A DNA stretch of 64,000 nt, filler included, from Stramenopiles sp. TOSAG23-2 (Eukaryota): the NCBI GenBank assembly GCA_900128395.1. It is 28 parts of 28 records of this genome, joined end to end, with 100 filler letters (N's around TTAATTAATTAA, not from the genome) between each part and the next. Parts side by side here need not be neighbours in the genome. Positions count along the whole stretch, not along the records: positions 1 to 2,219 come from LT651923.1; positions 2,320 to 4,533 come from LT651924.1; positions 4,634 to 6,847 come from LT651925.1; positions 6,948 to 9,159 come from LT651926.1; positions 9,260 to 11,470 come from LT651927.1; positions 11,571 to 13,779 come from LT651928.1; 22 more parts are not named here. One strand, written 5' to 3'. The notes under the pieces were generated by a model. It was not told the DNA's origin. It saw only the letters and a program-made list of their open reading frames with translations, and did no database searches. Position 1 is the stretch's first letter. Each line of letters begins with the position of its first letter. The translations under genes and the position numbers were made by a program. Shown piece after piece: positions 1-12,160 of the stretch.

Positions 1-1
1 A

Positions 2-628
2 TTTTCCAACAAATACTTCTATTTAAATGGCATCATTAATTCAAATAAAACAAAAACTGGACTATTACCTCAACAGTTTTATTACTTACGCAAAGGAGAT
101 AACAACAAGGATCAGGACAGCAATACAATCAAAAGCAATGAAAACTCTAGAAATAACAACGCATGGTGGGATATTAAAATTCCTATGGAATATATACATA
201 TGGTTTTGCTTTGTCTGCCATTTAACGAGATTTGTGAAGCTGGTGTTAAAGGATATGACATAGATGAGGAAGAAGTTGATATATTCATGAAATTCCATGT
301 AAAGAAGGTTGCAAATTGGAGAAGTGAGGCTACATTTTGGCAATCCAATCTTTGGCAGTGGGAAGAGAAAAAAATTGCACAACAGGATGGAAGCATTGAT
401 AGAATATCGACACTTCACTTCATTTTTCAAAGCCAAAAGGATCATAATAATATAGATGATGTTGGATGTTGTTGTACTTGTTTGAAAAATAGAAAATGTC
501 CTTCTATGAAGTTCGTAAATGCCAGAAGACAAGTCCAGTGTTGTAAATGTTTACTAATTACGTTCTTAGGCTGGATAACCGTCTTGGTTATGTTAACCTT
601 ACTAGTTTCGACTGCATTTGCTGAATAG
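2..628 (+). CDS. Hypothetical protein, 5'-partial, with Cys-rich patch and C-terminal TM anchor
   Basis: Frame is open from base 2 (FSNKYFYLNG...) through the 185..628 ORF; ends CCCTC...CCKC followed by hydrophobic LLITFLGWITVLVMLTLLVSTA. Confidence 0.5.
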   Translation, partial: FSNKYFYLNGIINSNKTKTGLLPQQFYYLRKGDNNKDQDSNTIKSNENSRNNNAWWDIKIPMEYIHMVLLCLPFNEICEAGVKGYDIDEEEVDIFMKFHVKKVANWRSEATFWQSNLWQWEEKKIAQQDGSIDRISTLHFIFQSQKDHNNIDDVGCCCTCLKNRKCPSMKFVNARRQVQCCKCLLITFLGWITVLVMLTLLVSTAFAE

Positions 629-986
629 GATGTATATCAACAATGCGTTAAGTTAACCGTAAGAGGTATAGATACAACCTAATATAGGTTGGGTATCTAG
701 CAACAGCTGGGAAATATCATTTTTACATCCCATTCAACGTTTGTATCGCAACGCTGCTATCCTGGCTATCCAGCTATCCAGGCTATCCTCAATGAAAAGT
801 CTAGGACCTACTATAGAGATTATACTCGAGGGTAATATAAACACATTAATCATAAATTATTACTCATTATTCGTAGCACTATAGGATTTAAAACACCGGT
901 GTTAATAATGGATACTGATGTAATAGCTGATCTTTTCACGGGCCATGAGTAAAAAATTTTATTTTAAAAATTAAAAAATAATAAAT

Positions 987-2175
987 TTAATTGCGTGTTT
1001 TAAAATGATGTTTGCTTGGTTTTACGTAGTTTTTCCAATCTTCGTTTTTCAACCAAGATTTCAAAAAGCTTAATGTCACTTTTGGTTTAAACTCTGGTAC
1101 CATGTGACCACTGCCACGAATGGTTAAAAAGTCAAAATCACCTTTATAACGTGTTACATAACCCCCCATGTATGATTTTCCATCCAATGTCCATGGTCTC
1201 CATTCTTGCTCAACTGGAAAATTTAAGCTAGTTGTCCAGTTTTGTGTTAAAAATGAATTAATACTTGGATCTGTATCGCCATTGTATATTAATACACGCA
1301 AATCAGTATTTTCAGTAACATGTTTCATAAATGGTAACAAGTTTTTCTCTGTCAAATCGTATGTAAAGCCTACTCCATTATCACCACTGAAAAAATACGC
1401 ATTGTTTGCAACATGTAATGCTTTTTTCACTTCTGGATGTTGGATCCATGCAAACAATGCAGCTGGGCCACCACATGGATAATCATTTAATGCAGCGCCA
1501 ACGTTCTGCTTCGATATTGATAATAACGTATGTGGAGGTTCTAATGAATTTTGATACCAGCAATCATCATACAAATTATATGCATAATATCCACCTATCG
1601 CCTCGTTCATTTTATCCAGCACAGCTTCACATGGTTTGCTAATTTTTGTCCCATAGCCGATTAATTCGTCACGTGGGCATGTTGTTTGTATTTCGGAATA
1701 TAACTTTTCGCTAAATTGCCCATGACCTCGAAAAAATTCAATCGTATAAAAAGGACCAGGCCCATTTGCACCACATAACACGTCTGTGCCCATGCATCCA
1801 TCTCCAATTGCAAAACCTTTCAAATTTATCGCTAATTTGTCCATTTTTTGGTTATTTAACAATTCCCTAACAAGTGTTGGAACATAAACACCAGCATAAC
1901 TTTCTCCGATAATATACCACTCGTTATTTGCATATTCTGGAAATTCCTTGGCAAAGTTATTAATAAATTCAGCGTTGTGAACTGCTGTTCTAGTATCGTT
2001 CCAATTCCCGCAACTAGTTCCGTTGCCTGCTTGTCCTATTGGGTCGCAATACGAATATCCAACTGGTGGTGGTGAATTCAAAATCAACACATTGCCTAGT
2101 TTTGTCCAGGTATAATCATTATAAAACAGGGTCGGAACGCCCGTTTTATTGTATTCTTCTGTTTTTAAGCTATTT
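987..2175 (-). CDS. Serine carboxypeptidase (peptidase S10), 5'-incomplete
   Basis: GESYAG nucleophile motif, GFAIGDG, YNGDTD, TIRGSGHMVP. The frame extends upstream of the ORF call (TLFYNDYTWTKLGNVLILNSPPPVGYSY) to a stop near 2176. Confidence 0.95.
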
Positions 2176-2219
2176 CAATGATTTTCTCTTCCAATGGGCA
2201 TGCACCAGATTTTGAATAT

Positions 2220-2319
2220 NNNNNNNNNNNNNNNNNNNNNNNNNNNNNNNNNNNNNNNNNNNNTTAATTAATTAANNNNNNNNNNNNNNNNNNNNNNNNN
2301 NNNNNNNNNNNNNNNNNNN
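2220..2319. other. Artificial contig spacer (first of 27): N44-TTAATTAATTAA-N44
   Basis: The identical 100-bp spacer, with stops in all six frames, starts at 2220, 4534, 6848, 9160, 11471, 13780, 16085, 18390, 20693, 22993, 25293, 27591, 29885, 32178, 34468, 36757, 39046, 41334, 43620, 45905, 48190, 50471, 52750, 55027, 57304, 59579 and 61853. Contig lengths between spacers never increase. Confidence 0.99.
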
Positions 2320-4533
2320 CTTGCAATTTCAAATGGGGTTCAGATGGTGGAGGAATATCAATGCCATTCCCAGCACATGGCGCTGTATCGTATGATGTTA
2401 CTACGGGAACATTTATGATGAAAGTGGATTCTCAAGACATAGAAAGATACAAGCTTTCAAAAGCCGATGGTATGAGCATCAATAGCTTGAGTGAATCCAA
2501 GTGTCCATTAGGCAGTGACAGAAAAATAGTCACTGTCATATCTGATAGTTATCCACCTGTTCCTATCGGAGGAGAAGTAGATCTTGGTTTTGGAATTGTG
2601 AAAATTCAATTTAATGAAAATATTCTTTGCCCAGTCGATGCAGATAGGATATATAGATTACATTTGGATTATGTATTACAGCTTCGAGTTGGGCAAGATA
2701 TAAGTGTTACTGAAAACCATGTATTAGGCGTAGAATTGGCCAATTTTACATGTTTGTTCTCGGGTACGAATATATTTACTAATACGATACAATTTGTACT
2801 GACTGAAAATGAGAGGACAGATTTAATTTCATCAAAAGGTTCAAACCAAGTATATGCAGCATTTGTGGGAAGCATTGTCGAAGATTTCAATAACAATATC
2901 GACACTAACAGTTTGCTAATTCACTTGTCGGAAATCGAAGATATAAAACCACCATGCATAAAAAGTGTTATTGTTGACAGTGGCACAAACGATATCACTA
3001 TATTGTTTGATGAAAAAATTCAAAGATTAAATGACGTTACTCCCACGGCGGGAGGATCTGTCACTTCGCATGATATTGGAATCAGCATAATTCCTGAAAC
3101 TAATCCCGAAAACGTTAAAATTGGAAGTTCTATGGCAGTTTCATTTGTTAATAACATAATGACAATAACAAATGTGCTGGATTCATCAGGTAGCCGTCCG
3201 TTAGGTTTCGAACTGCTTGATATATCGTTTAACTATACATATTTTACAGACTTGTCAAGCAATCCCCTTTGTGGCACACTCCCGGGCTCAATAAGCGTTC
3301 CAAAACTTACCAGAGTTCCAGAAATATCTCTCAACAAGGCACTGTTATCCCTTGGTGAACCAGCTGGCGAAGAGAAAAATGAATGGATCGATATTTTAGA
3401 ATTAGGATTTACTGCTAGCCCAATATCTTCAAGCGGTGGATCTGGCACGATAACTATAGACCTTGTGTCTTCCAAAGTGTCTAAAGGACTTTCAAGTTAC
3501 TTGCCAGGAACATTTACCTCCAGTGTTGGGCAGGTAGCTTTATGCCACACTGAAGGTAGTACAACAACTCTTTGCACACCATCCTCGACGTCCAGTTTGC
3601 AGCTTCAAGTATCAGCTGGTAATTGGAATAAGAAACATTATGTTGTAGTCATGGCGATAGGAGAGAGTCCAGCATTAGAAGAGGGGCGGCACCAGTCTTC
3701 CATGTCTGTTACTATATCTTCGACGGATCCCTTGTACAACAAGTTGACCATAGATGATATAGTTTTTGTCATTGCCGAGCCGCAACCCGATTCAACAATC
3801 CCTCCTTCAATGTCCGAAGCGATCTTTAATCAACTTGGTAATAGCATCGACTTAAAATTTTCCGGCCCTACAAATACGCCGAGTTTGTCCGCTACAAATA
3901 CCGATTGTAAATGGCTGTTAGCCGCATCAGTAACCACCACGTTAGGTACGGGTGCAAAATGTAAATGGACTAGTAATGATAATATGAAGATAAGTCTTGG
4001 TCGTGGCGCAACTATAAAACCGGGTGATAATATAATGTTATGGGAAGGTCAGAGGGTAAAGTCAAGGTTTGCTAATTTTCGTGCATCTCCGATCGCTGCA
4101 CCGTGCCAAAGTGTTTCCTGTGGTGATTCTTGTGCAGCCGATAATTGGTTAAACAATCCGGTCGGTTACATGAAACCTAGTGTGGATATTCAACCATGTC
4201 ATGGTGATACAAACGAAAGGAAAGCTTTGCCACTTTGTTGTCCAGATATTCGAGAGTATGCATCTGGGAAAATTCAAATTGTACCTCCAGATCCACCTGT
4301 GGTGCCAAATGTAGTTGTAAAATATGTATCGGAGATTGGAAGATGTGATAGTCAAGTCTCATTCGATATATCAAAATCAACAAAAAGTGGTGGTAGAAAA
4401 TTTACAGTAGCAAAAGTGCTTTTAAATGTTGCTAAAAGAAATAAAAATGCCGTGGAACGGACCGCAGATGGCGCTGGAGTTGGAATCCCAGGAAGCGAAT
4501 ACGACCCAATACCTAACGTAGTCGAGCAGGTAT
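2320..4533 (+). CDS. Large extracellular/surface protein with PKD/REJ-like region, partial
   Basis: ORF fills the contig and is beta-rich. IDLKFSGPTN, TLGTGAKCKW and IGRCDSQVSFDISKSTKSGGR resemble the start of REJ modules in protist surface proteins. Confidence 0.6.
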
Positions 4534-4633
4534 NNNNNNNNNNNNNNNNNNNNNNNNNNNNNNNNNNNNNNNNNNNNTTAATTAATTAANNNNNNNNNNN
4601 NNNNNNNNNNNNNNNNNNNNNNNNNNNNNNNNN

Positions 4634-4721
4634 TGGTAAAGCGGCAGATGATGTTGGTGCAGATGCTGGTAAAGCGGCAGATGATGTTGGTGCAGATGCT
4701 GGTAAAGCGGCAGATGATGTT
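4634..4721 (+). repeat. 33-bp coding tandem repeat (about 2.7 copies, cut by contig edge)
   Basis: Unit tggtaaagcggcagatgatgttggtgcagatgc. Confidence 0.9.
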
Positions 4722-6653
4722 TCAGATATTAGCATAGCTACTGAGAAAAGTGTAACAGCGGATATGGAGAAACAGATGAGGCAAACGTTCATGGACGAGG
4801 CGTATAAACAAAATAGTCAAAATAGAATAAACAGAGGTAAAAAGCCACATTCAAGAGCACAATGGGAGAAAAGTAATAATAATCGTAATGATTATTTTAA
4901 TCATGGAAACCGAGAAGCCAAATTTAAAGAATTTAAGAAACAATATTACAGGGACAACTTCCAATTAGATATTGAGTATAACAAATACTTAGACTATCAA
5001 AAAAAAATCGGTGGTAAACCTGTATCAAAAATCGAGTTTAAGAAAGTAGTGGATAAACATAATTTTAATGTAGATGAAGTGGTTAAGGCAAAGAAACAAC
5101 TTTCAGCGAAAACACACGAAGCCAACTTGCAAAAACAGGCAGCAAAAAAAAAGGATGCCAAAGCAAATAGTCGCGCAAAACAAAACGGCGCTGGACGCAA
5201 TCGTCTTAGCAATAAAAATTTAGAAAAACGTGCACGTAACCTTGGTATTAAAGATCTTGACGATATTAAAAAGTTCAAAGAACAAAGTCGAAGTGGAAAG
5301 TTTGATATGGATTATTGGAGTAAGAAATATAAAAATGCTTTAGATCTTGATGAAACAGGTAAAATGAGAATAAGTCTAGATTATAATGGATTAGAAAAAC
5401 GTGCACGTAACCTTAAATATAGAGAAACTAAAATGAAGGGTGTAAAAGGGGGTGGAGACCACAGAAAAAAACGCGTAACCGTAATATACACTAAAAGTAA
5501 AAGATTCAGTATTTCTGATCCAAAAGATATTAAAGAATTCCAAAGACAAATTGTAAATGGAAAGTTTGAAAAGGAATATTGGATGAAATATAAAAGGGGC
5601 ACCAGTCGAGATATGGGCAACCACTTCCACGCCATCGAACAGAATATAAACAAACTAATAAACGCACGTAAAGTTAATGGAAAAGTTGTAATAAAAAAGG
5701 TAAAGAGTGTAAAAGAATATCACGCCATGAAAAACTTACCAGATCAAGTAGACAACATAGATAACTTCATTAAAACTGGAAATAAGAAAGTGAAGATCCT
5801 AGCTACAGGTGCAAAAAACATACGCGTAGCAAAACTCGTGGTCAAGCAGAAATATACCATCTTAAAAATGCATAAATTAGGCATGTACGATGGTCAAATG
5901 GCAATCCAAGTTGTAAAATATCTTGGTATATGTGGTACATTAAAAGATGGAAATGCTCTGAAATGTTTACGTATGAGTTATCATATCTTAACAACATTAA
6001 AAGGTACATCCTATACAATTGATGATCGTAATAAATTATATAATAAATTTCAAAGCACGTTTCTGAAAAAATTGATGCCAAAAATAAATATATTTAATAA
6101 TAAAATTACTGAATCAACATCAAATAATCAATGTTGGAAAAAAGGTAAAGATCGTACAAAAACATTTACATGTAAAAGTGAATTAGCTAAATTAGGATTA
6201 AAAGAATATATACTTAAAAAAACACCAAAGAAAGGTACTGATGAAAGACGACGTTTATTATCAAAAGCAAGAATGGATTGGGATGATGCATGGTCTAGTT
6301 TTATATCAAATGTTAATTCCCATGGAGATAATGATGGTAAATGTAAAGTCCATAATAGTTTAAGTGGTGTAAATGTTGATACCGATGGTTCATATTCATT
6401 TTCATGTTCACAATCACCAGATTTATGTGATTGTATAAGTCAAGTTGGTACTGGTAGTACAAATGCAGATACGCAATATTTTGTAAATCAAAATATGGGT
6501 ATATATTTAGGTGTATTTAAAGATGGTGGTACCGCTGCATATGAGATATGTGAGATTAATGGTGAATGCCATGCATATGGTGATGTGAATGATGGGAAGA
6601 ATGCGAGGAGAAGGAGGAGGAGGTTGTTAGGACGTGGCAGAGGAGGTAGTTAG
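4635..6653 (+). CDS. Lys-rich repeat protein with Cys-rich C-terminal domain flanked by RRRLL motifs, 5'-partial
   Basis: Frame is open from the contig edge: (GKAADDVGADA)x2-GKAADDV, then MEKQ...; ends RRRRRRLLGRGRGGS-TAG. Confidence 0.75.
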   Translation, partial: GKAADDVGADAGKAADDVGADAGKAADDVSDISIATEKSVTADMEKQMRQTFMDEAYKQNSQNRINRGKKPHSRAQWEKSNNNRNDYFNHGNREAKFKEFKKQYYRDNFQLDIEYNKYLDYQKKIGGKPVSKIEFKKVVDKHNFNVDEVVKAKKQLSAKTHEANLQKQAAKKKDAKANSRAKQNGAGRNRLSNKNLEKRARNLGIKDLDDIKKFKEQSRSGKFDMDYWSKKYKNALDLDETGKMRISLDYNGLEKRARNLKYRETKMKGVKGGGDHRKKRVTVIYTKSKRFSISDPKDIKEFQRQIVNGKFEKEYWMKYKRGTSRDMGNHFHAIEQNINKLINARKVNGKVVIKKVKSVKEYHAMKNLPDQVDNIDNFIKTGNKKVKILATGAKNIRVAKLVVKQKYTILKMHKLGMYDGQMAIQVVKYLGICGTLKDGNALKCLRMSYHILTTLKGTSYTIDDRNKLYNKFQSTFLKKLMPKINIFNNKITESTSNNQCWKKGKDRTKTFTCKSELAKLGLKEYILKKTPKKGTDERRRLLSKARMDWDDAWSSFISNVNSHGDNDGKCKVHNSLSGVNVDTDGSYSFSCSQSPDLCDCISQVGTGSTNADTQYFVNQNMGIYLGVFKDGGTAAYEICEINGECHAYGDVNDGKNARRRRRRLLGRGRGGS

Positions 6654-7173
6654 ATATGTTAATGGCCGTATAATAATTACAGTATTAAAGTACAGTATAT
6701 TGAGTATTACACAGTACAGTATGACCATATGATATATAGATTTAAGATCCACGGTGTCTAATATCTATAGACCTTTCAGCCTTTCAGCCTTTCAGGGTAC
6801 TAAAACGTAAAAAGCTATATATTTAACATTACGTACTATAGAGTGCANNNNNNNNNNNNNNNNNNNNNNNNNNNNNNNNNNNNNNNNNNNNTTAATTAAT
6901 TAANNNNNNNNNNNNNNNNNNNNNNNNNNNNNNNNNNNNNNNNNNNNAAAGAAAAAAAAAGAAAGTTGTTAAAATAAGTCGAAGAAAGATGAGAAAAAGA
7001 TTACTAAAAGATTCAATATTTTAAATATTAATACATAAATATGGGAAAGTGTAGAGAAGTGTGATGTGTGTGAGAGAGGGAAAGTAATCATAATCATATG
7101 ATATTTATATTACATTTTTTGAAAACAGTAGAGACATTCAAACAACGGTTATTAAGAGGCGTGCGCCTATACT

Positions 7174-7255
7174 AATCGTTATGCATTTTTTTAAAATATG
7201 TATTTGCCGAGAGAAGTACAATGAATTTATACCCCTGGTACACAATTTATTCTCC
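7174..7255. repeat. Dispersed non-coding repeat (related copy at 43548-43618)
   Basis: aatcgtt...ttaaaat(a/g)tg.attt...aatgaatt..tac.cctggtaca(ca)atttattctcc occurs in two different contigs. Confidence 0.65.
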
Positions 7256-7627
7256 ACCTTTTCGTATAATGCCCATTTTTCATCAACAGAAGGTTGAGTA
7301 CTAACATCTAGAATCATATTTACCTCATCATTGGCAATTAATTCCTGTTACGGGAGTTATTGACACATATACTTTTGTGCGATACTCGTTAGATATTTTA
7401 CGTCTTGTGGCTCAAACACTATTATTCTTTTGAGAGTAGAAATTGTCATGGGTTCGTAGAAAATTAAAAAATCTAAAACATGCGTACTTTACTATTAATA
7501 TAATTAATACTAAAAGATATTTTTTTAATATATATACCATGTACGTAAAAAATACGGCGCGTGTAATTTTTTTTTTTTTAACACGTAATTAATTTTTAAT
7601 ACGCACTCACGGTATTTTTGTTAAGAG

Positions 7628-8725
7628 TCACTTGTCCAATAAAATCTTCCGCCATTCTAAATTCATAACATATCTTAATTCATGTTTTTGGGCAACTTCT
7701 TTACATATTCGAATTTCATACGGTTTTTTGCCTTGTAGTACATCTTCTTCGTAATCAAACAAACCAGTGCTAGCTTTATATGAACCAAGTCCATCTGCCA
7801 ATGGATTTACTTCAATTAAAATTATATTTCCAGGTCCAAGCCATGCGAGATCCAACATGGCATTTGGTACTGGCATTGAATCTTTTAACTTTTCATTAAA
7901 GAATTGAAGGCAGTCTTTTGCAATTTGTTCTTTTTTATTTTCAAGTTCAGGAAAATACAAATGATGCCAATATTGCCCAACACAAGTTAACCTTTTACCA
8001 ATGACAAATCCACGAAACTCTGCTTTCGGTTCAATTTTTGGATTCCAACCTCTTACAACAATATTCACATTATATCCTAAATCTTTACCTGTCTTTACAT
8101 CATACGCGGACATAAGGTCTTCAGCAACTCTCCAACTATCAAGCATTATTGTAACAGCTTCTTTCCCGCTTGTAACACTTGAATTTGTAATCATTAATTT
8201 AGAAAACAAACATAGTTTATCATTTAGCGTTTGGTATTTGTTTAGATTTTCTTTGAGAGCTAAGATTTGATGATATTCCAAAGTTGCTTTTTTTAAAATT
8301 GTTTTTGAATCTTTTGGAGAGCGGCTAGATAATTTAATAAAGACATTTTTTGAATTAAAATGTTTTGCAATTGAATTATCTATACGTTTCACTAAAGGTT
8401 CCAATTCTTTTGGTATTTCAGACGTAGGTTGAATATCATCCTCAGTATTTCCCTCCGAAGTTATCTTTTTCCAATTTGCAATTATTGCATTTGCTTCTTT
8501 AGGCAAAATTTTAACGAAATCACTTTCAAATGTGCAGTCTTTTAATTTTTCATACCATTTTTCCACATCAGCTTCAAAAAAATAATCAGTTAATTTAGCA
8601 TCAAGGTCAGCAGTTGGTTCTGAATTCATAAACTTTTGTAATGATAACCTTTTTGTATTTGTCACTGTTGCTTTTAAATTACTTTGTAAAGAATTGTTGT
8701 TTGTTATAGATGCTAAAAATGACAT
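7628..8725 (-). CDS. Cdc123-like (R2K clade) ATP-grasp protein
   Basis: VFIKLSSRSPKD, SWRVAEDL, EFRGFV, LTCVGQY and LIEVNP are motifs of D123/R2K ATP-grasp enzymes. Confidence 0.8.
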   Translation of the reverse strand: MSFLASITNNNSLQSNLKATVTNTKRLSLQKFMNSEPTADLDAKLTDYFFEADVEKWYEKLKDCTFESDFVKILPKEANAIIANWKKITSEGNTEDDIQPTSEIPKELEPLVKRIDNSIAKHFNSKNVFIKLSSRSPKDSKTILKKATLEYHQILALKENLNKYQTLNDKLCLFSKLMITNSSVTSGKEAVTIMLDSWRVAEDLMSAYDVKTGKDLGYNVNIVVRGWNPKIEPKAEFRGFVIGKRLTCVGQYWHHLYFPELENKKEQIAKDCLQFFNEKLKDSMPVPNAMLDLAWLGPGNIILIEVNPLADGLGSYKASTGLFDYEEDVLQGKKPYEIRICKEVAQKHELRYVMNLEWRKILLDK

Positions 8726-9988
8726 ACTAGTATGTTTTCTTTTTTAAATGTGTGCGTGGGTGTGTATGTTATGTTAAATTTCTGTTTGTCTATTCTTTTA
8801 TATATATATATCATATATATGTTTTTTGATTTGTATTTTATATATGGGTATACATATATGCACATAAAAGCAGAGGAGAGAGGTCTTCTTTTGTTGTTGG
8901 TTCACAACATTATTATTACAAAAAAAGAAAATAATATTTTTTTTAACAAAAATTTTACACACCGATATATATCTCTTTTTTTCAATTCTATCAAAACTGA
9001 AGCTATAACTTAACGTTTCAAAAAATAATACGTTGTATCTTGTAATATTTTGTACGAAGCAAATATATATAATATATATAGACGTAACGATACAAGCTCT
9101 ATTTCTCGGCCTCTGCTTGATTGTTTACCAAATTAATACGTTGTTTTTTTTTTCCTACCNNNNNNNNNNNNNNNNNNNNNNNNNNNNNNNNNNNNNNNNN
9201 NNNTTAATTAATTAANNNNNNNNNNNNNNNNNNNNNNNNNNNNNNNNNNNNNNNNNNNNATTTTTCATTTATTTATATATGGAACATTTTGAATGAGCGT
9301 TTGTAAATTGTATTTATACCAGGTAAACTGGTAAAGTTTGGAAGACGTATACACACGCCGCCGTATATTTTTTAAAAAATATTTTAACACAAAAAAATAA
9401 AAAAATATATATGTTTTATCTATATATATATATATACAAACGCTTCGTAGTTTATACACACATGTTACTCGATGTAGTATTTTTTATTTCTCTCTCTCTC
9501 TTTTGTCGTAATATTAAAATATCTAGAAATTTTTCATTTATTTATATATGGAACATTTTGAATGAGCGTTTGTAAATTGTATTATACCAGGTTTATACAC
9601 ACGCCGCCGTATATTTTTAAAAATATTTTAACACAAAAAAATAAAAAAAAAATATGTTTTATCTAGATATATATATATACAAACGCTTCGTAGTTTATAC
9701 ACACAAATTACTCGTGTAGTATTTTTTATTTCTCTCTCTCTCTTTTGTCGTAATATTAAAATATCTAGACATATCCACCCATTTTTTTATGCAGATTTTA
9801 ATTTTGGTTGAGCTTCCCATCCAGCATTACGATGCTTTTTTGCAATGATGGAAGGTATCAAAACTGCATATGCAACAAAGCCTAAAAATTTAGGCAAATC
9901 AGTATAATATCCAGCATGTAGTATTTTTTATTTCTCTCTCTCTCTTTTGTCGTAATATTAAAATATCTAGACATATCCACCCATTTTT

Positions 9989-10543
9989 TTATGCAGATTT
10001 TAATTTTGGTTGAGCTTCCCATCCAGCATTACGATGCTTTTTTGCAATGATGGAAGGTATCAAAACTGCATATGCAACAAAGCCTAAAAATTTAGGCAAA
10101 TCAGTATAATATCCAGCATTGAATCCTGTGTATGCATTAAATGCTAACATGGCTTCTACACCGATTAATAAAATGCGAGCTGGAACTGGCGGACCACTCA
10201 CTTCTGGCATTCCCATAGGCGAAGTGTTGAAAATCACCATAAAGAATAATTGAGTGATAGCGCCACTTAATCCTCCTAACATGGCAAGTGCAGGAGGAAA
10301 ACCAAGTGCAATCCCTCCACATATTGTCCCCATTACAAACAGAATAGTACCAATAATAAAGCTCAGATGTGACGCCAACGCTGCCCAAACTTTAAAATCT
10401 TTATGATTCATATCAATATTAAAACGTGAGCTTTCAGCTGTTTCATTCCATAACTTTCTGCAAGTCAACATAAATATTACTCCTGGTAATGACATTGCAG
10501 CACCTGCATACAATGCATATTGTTCTGTCCAAATAGATGACAT
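9989..10543 (-). CDS. Hypothetical multi-pass membrane protein (184 aa)
   Basis: Clean ATG-TAA ORF with coding-like composition and about 5 hydrophobic segments. Its 3' end is duplicated at about 9787-9916. Confidence 0.7.
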   Translation of the reverse strand: MSSIWTEQYALYAGAAMSLPGVIFMLTCRKLWNETAESSRFNIDMNHKDFKVWAALASHLSFIIGTILFVMGTICGGIALGFPPALAMLGGLSGAITQLFFMVIFNTSPMGMPEVSGPPVPARILLIGVEAMLAFNAYTGFNAGYYTDLPKFLGFVAYAVLIPSIIAKKHRNAGWEAQPKLKSA

Positions 10544-12160
10544 GATAATATATGTATATATATATCCCTTTTCTTGAAAAATGTCTATACGTAAAAAAAG
10601 ATTCTTTGTTTTTTACCAATGTAAATATATATAATTTCTATTTTTTCTATATGCATCAGCTTTTGTGCTTCCTCTGCCTCTTTATACTTCTTCATTTTAT
10701 TAATACAACACACAGAAGGATATAGAATATATTTCTATATGCATCAGCTTTTGTGCTTCCTCTGCCTCTTTATACTTCTTCATTTTAACAACACACAGAA
10801 GGATATAGAATATATATATACTTTTTTCTGTCTTACACCATTTCTATAGCAATGCTATTCAGTGCTATTCCTGCTGGGAAAACGTAGATTTGGACCTATA
10901 AGATCATCTAGGGTGGGCCAATGGGAGAGGGCGTGTCGTGTTTTTCCATTATGTGACGTATGATGGATTTGCACATTTGTTGTTGTTGGCAAAAATACCA
11001 ATGGTATGCTTGTTACATTTCCAAGATTTGAAACAAATGCTGAAAAATATATCTATCTTATCGATACTCCATGTGTTGCAATTGGTAAAGGAGGTGATGG
11101 TGTTCGATATGATGTATATGCTGTAAAACCAGTACCAAAATTGTAAAAACACATTTTTTCTCTACGAGAGATATAGATATAGAAAAGAAAGTGTGCCGTG
11201 TATATTGTGTTTAAAAAATCAAAATAATATTATGATTTGATCTCTCAAATATATTGTGTGATATTTTAAAATATATATTTAAAAAAAATTTGAAAAACAC
11301 ACACGCTCTAATTATCAAAAAGAATTGAATCCTTCTCCATAATATCTGAGTATATATATTATATGCGCGTATTTATATTACATGTGCGTGTATTTTAAAT
11401 ATATAATTAATTTACAAATGAACACAAGCATACAATGAAGTAATACACATTTTTATCTCTTATTACGAGCNNNNNNNNNNNNNNNNNNNNNNNNNNNNNN
11501 NNNNNNNNNNNNNNTTAATTAATTAANNNNNNNNNNNNNNNNNNNNNNNNNNNNNNNNNNNNNNNNNNNNAAGAGAGAATATTTATAAAATGATGAATTA
11601 TATATAGATGCGGTATGTGTTAATTTAAGTAACAATAGAGTATAAAAATATATAAAATATTATGATATATATATCAAAAGAAAGAGAGACGAGACAATAA
11701 AACAACATAAAAGAAATATGTTTTTTAATTTTATAATCCGTAGTAAAAATGTGAAGAGTAAAAAAGACAATACTGGAAAGATATAATATGTAAAATAGCA
11801 CCTAAATAGCACTATAGTTTGCACCACTTCCGCCACGTGTTTGTTTTGGTATTTAATAGGAGTCGTCATACATATACTAATAACTATAAAATACTTGTTG
11901 TTACACCCAGCAATCCATATTTAACATAATATGATGTGATGATATCCGGAATGAATTATGAGATACAAAAAAATACGAAGCTCGCGTGTATAATATTATT
12001 TATAAAAACTAGATTTTAGATATATTCATTTTATATTGTATCACAGTTTTTGCTCCCATATTTTTTATATATTATACGGTTGTGTGTGAATAATGTAGTA
12101 AAATACAGTACAACTTCCTAGGTCTCCGTCTTTGTTTTGTGTTTTCTTTTTTTAATTAAT

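Noticed and set aside
7140-7449. Possible small spliced gene on the minus strand (MTISTLKRIIVFEPQ...)
   Set aside because: No convincing GTAAGT/CTAAC intron restores the frame, and it overlaps a dispersed repeat.
8732-9459. Short I/Y/F-rich ORFs (also 13259, 17975, 28164, 38188, 50519-51001, 62483)
   Set aside because: Translations of (TA)n and poly-T intergenic DNA without coding character.
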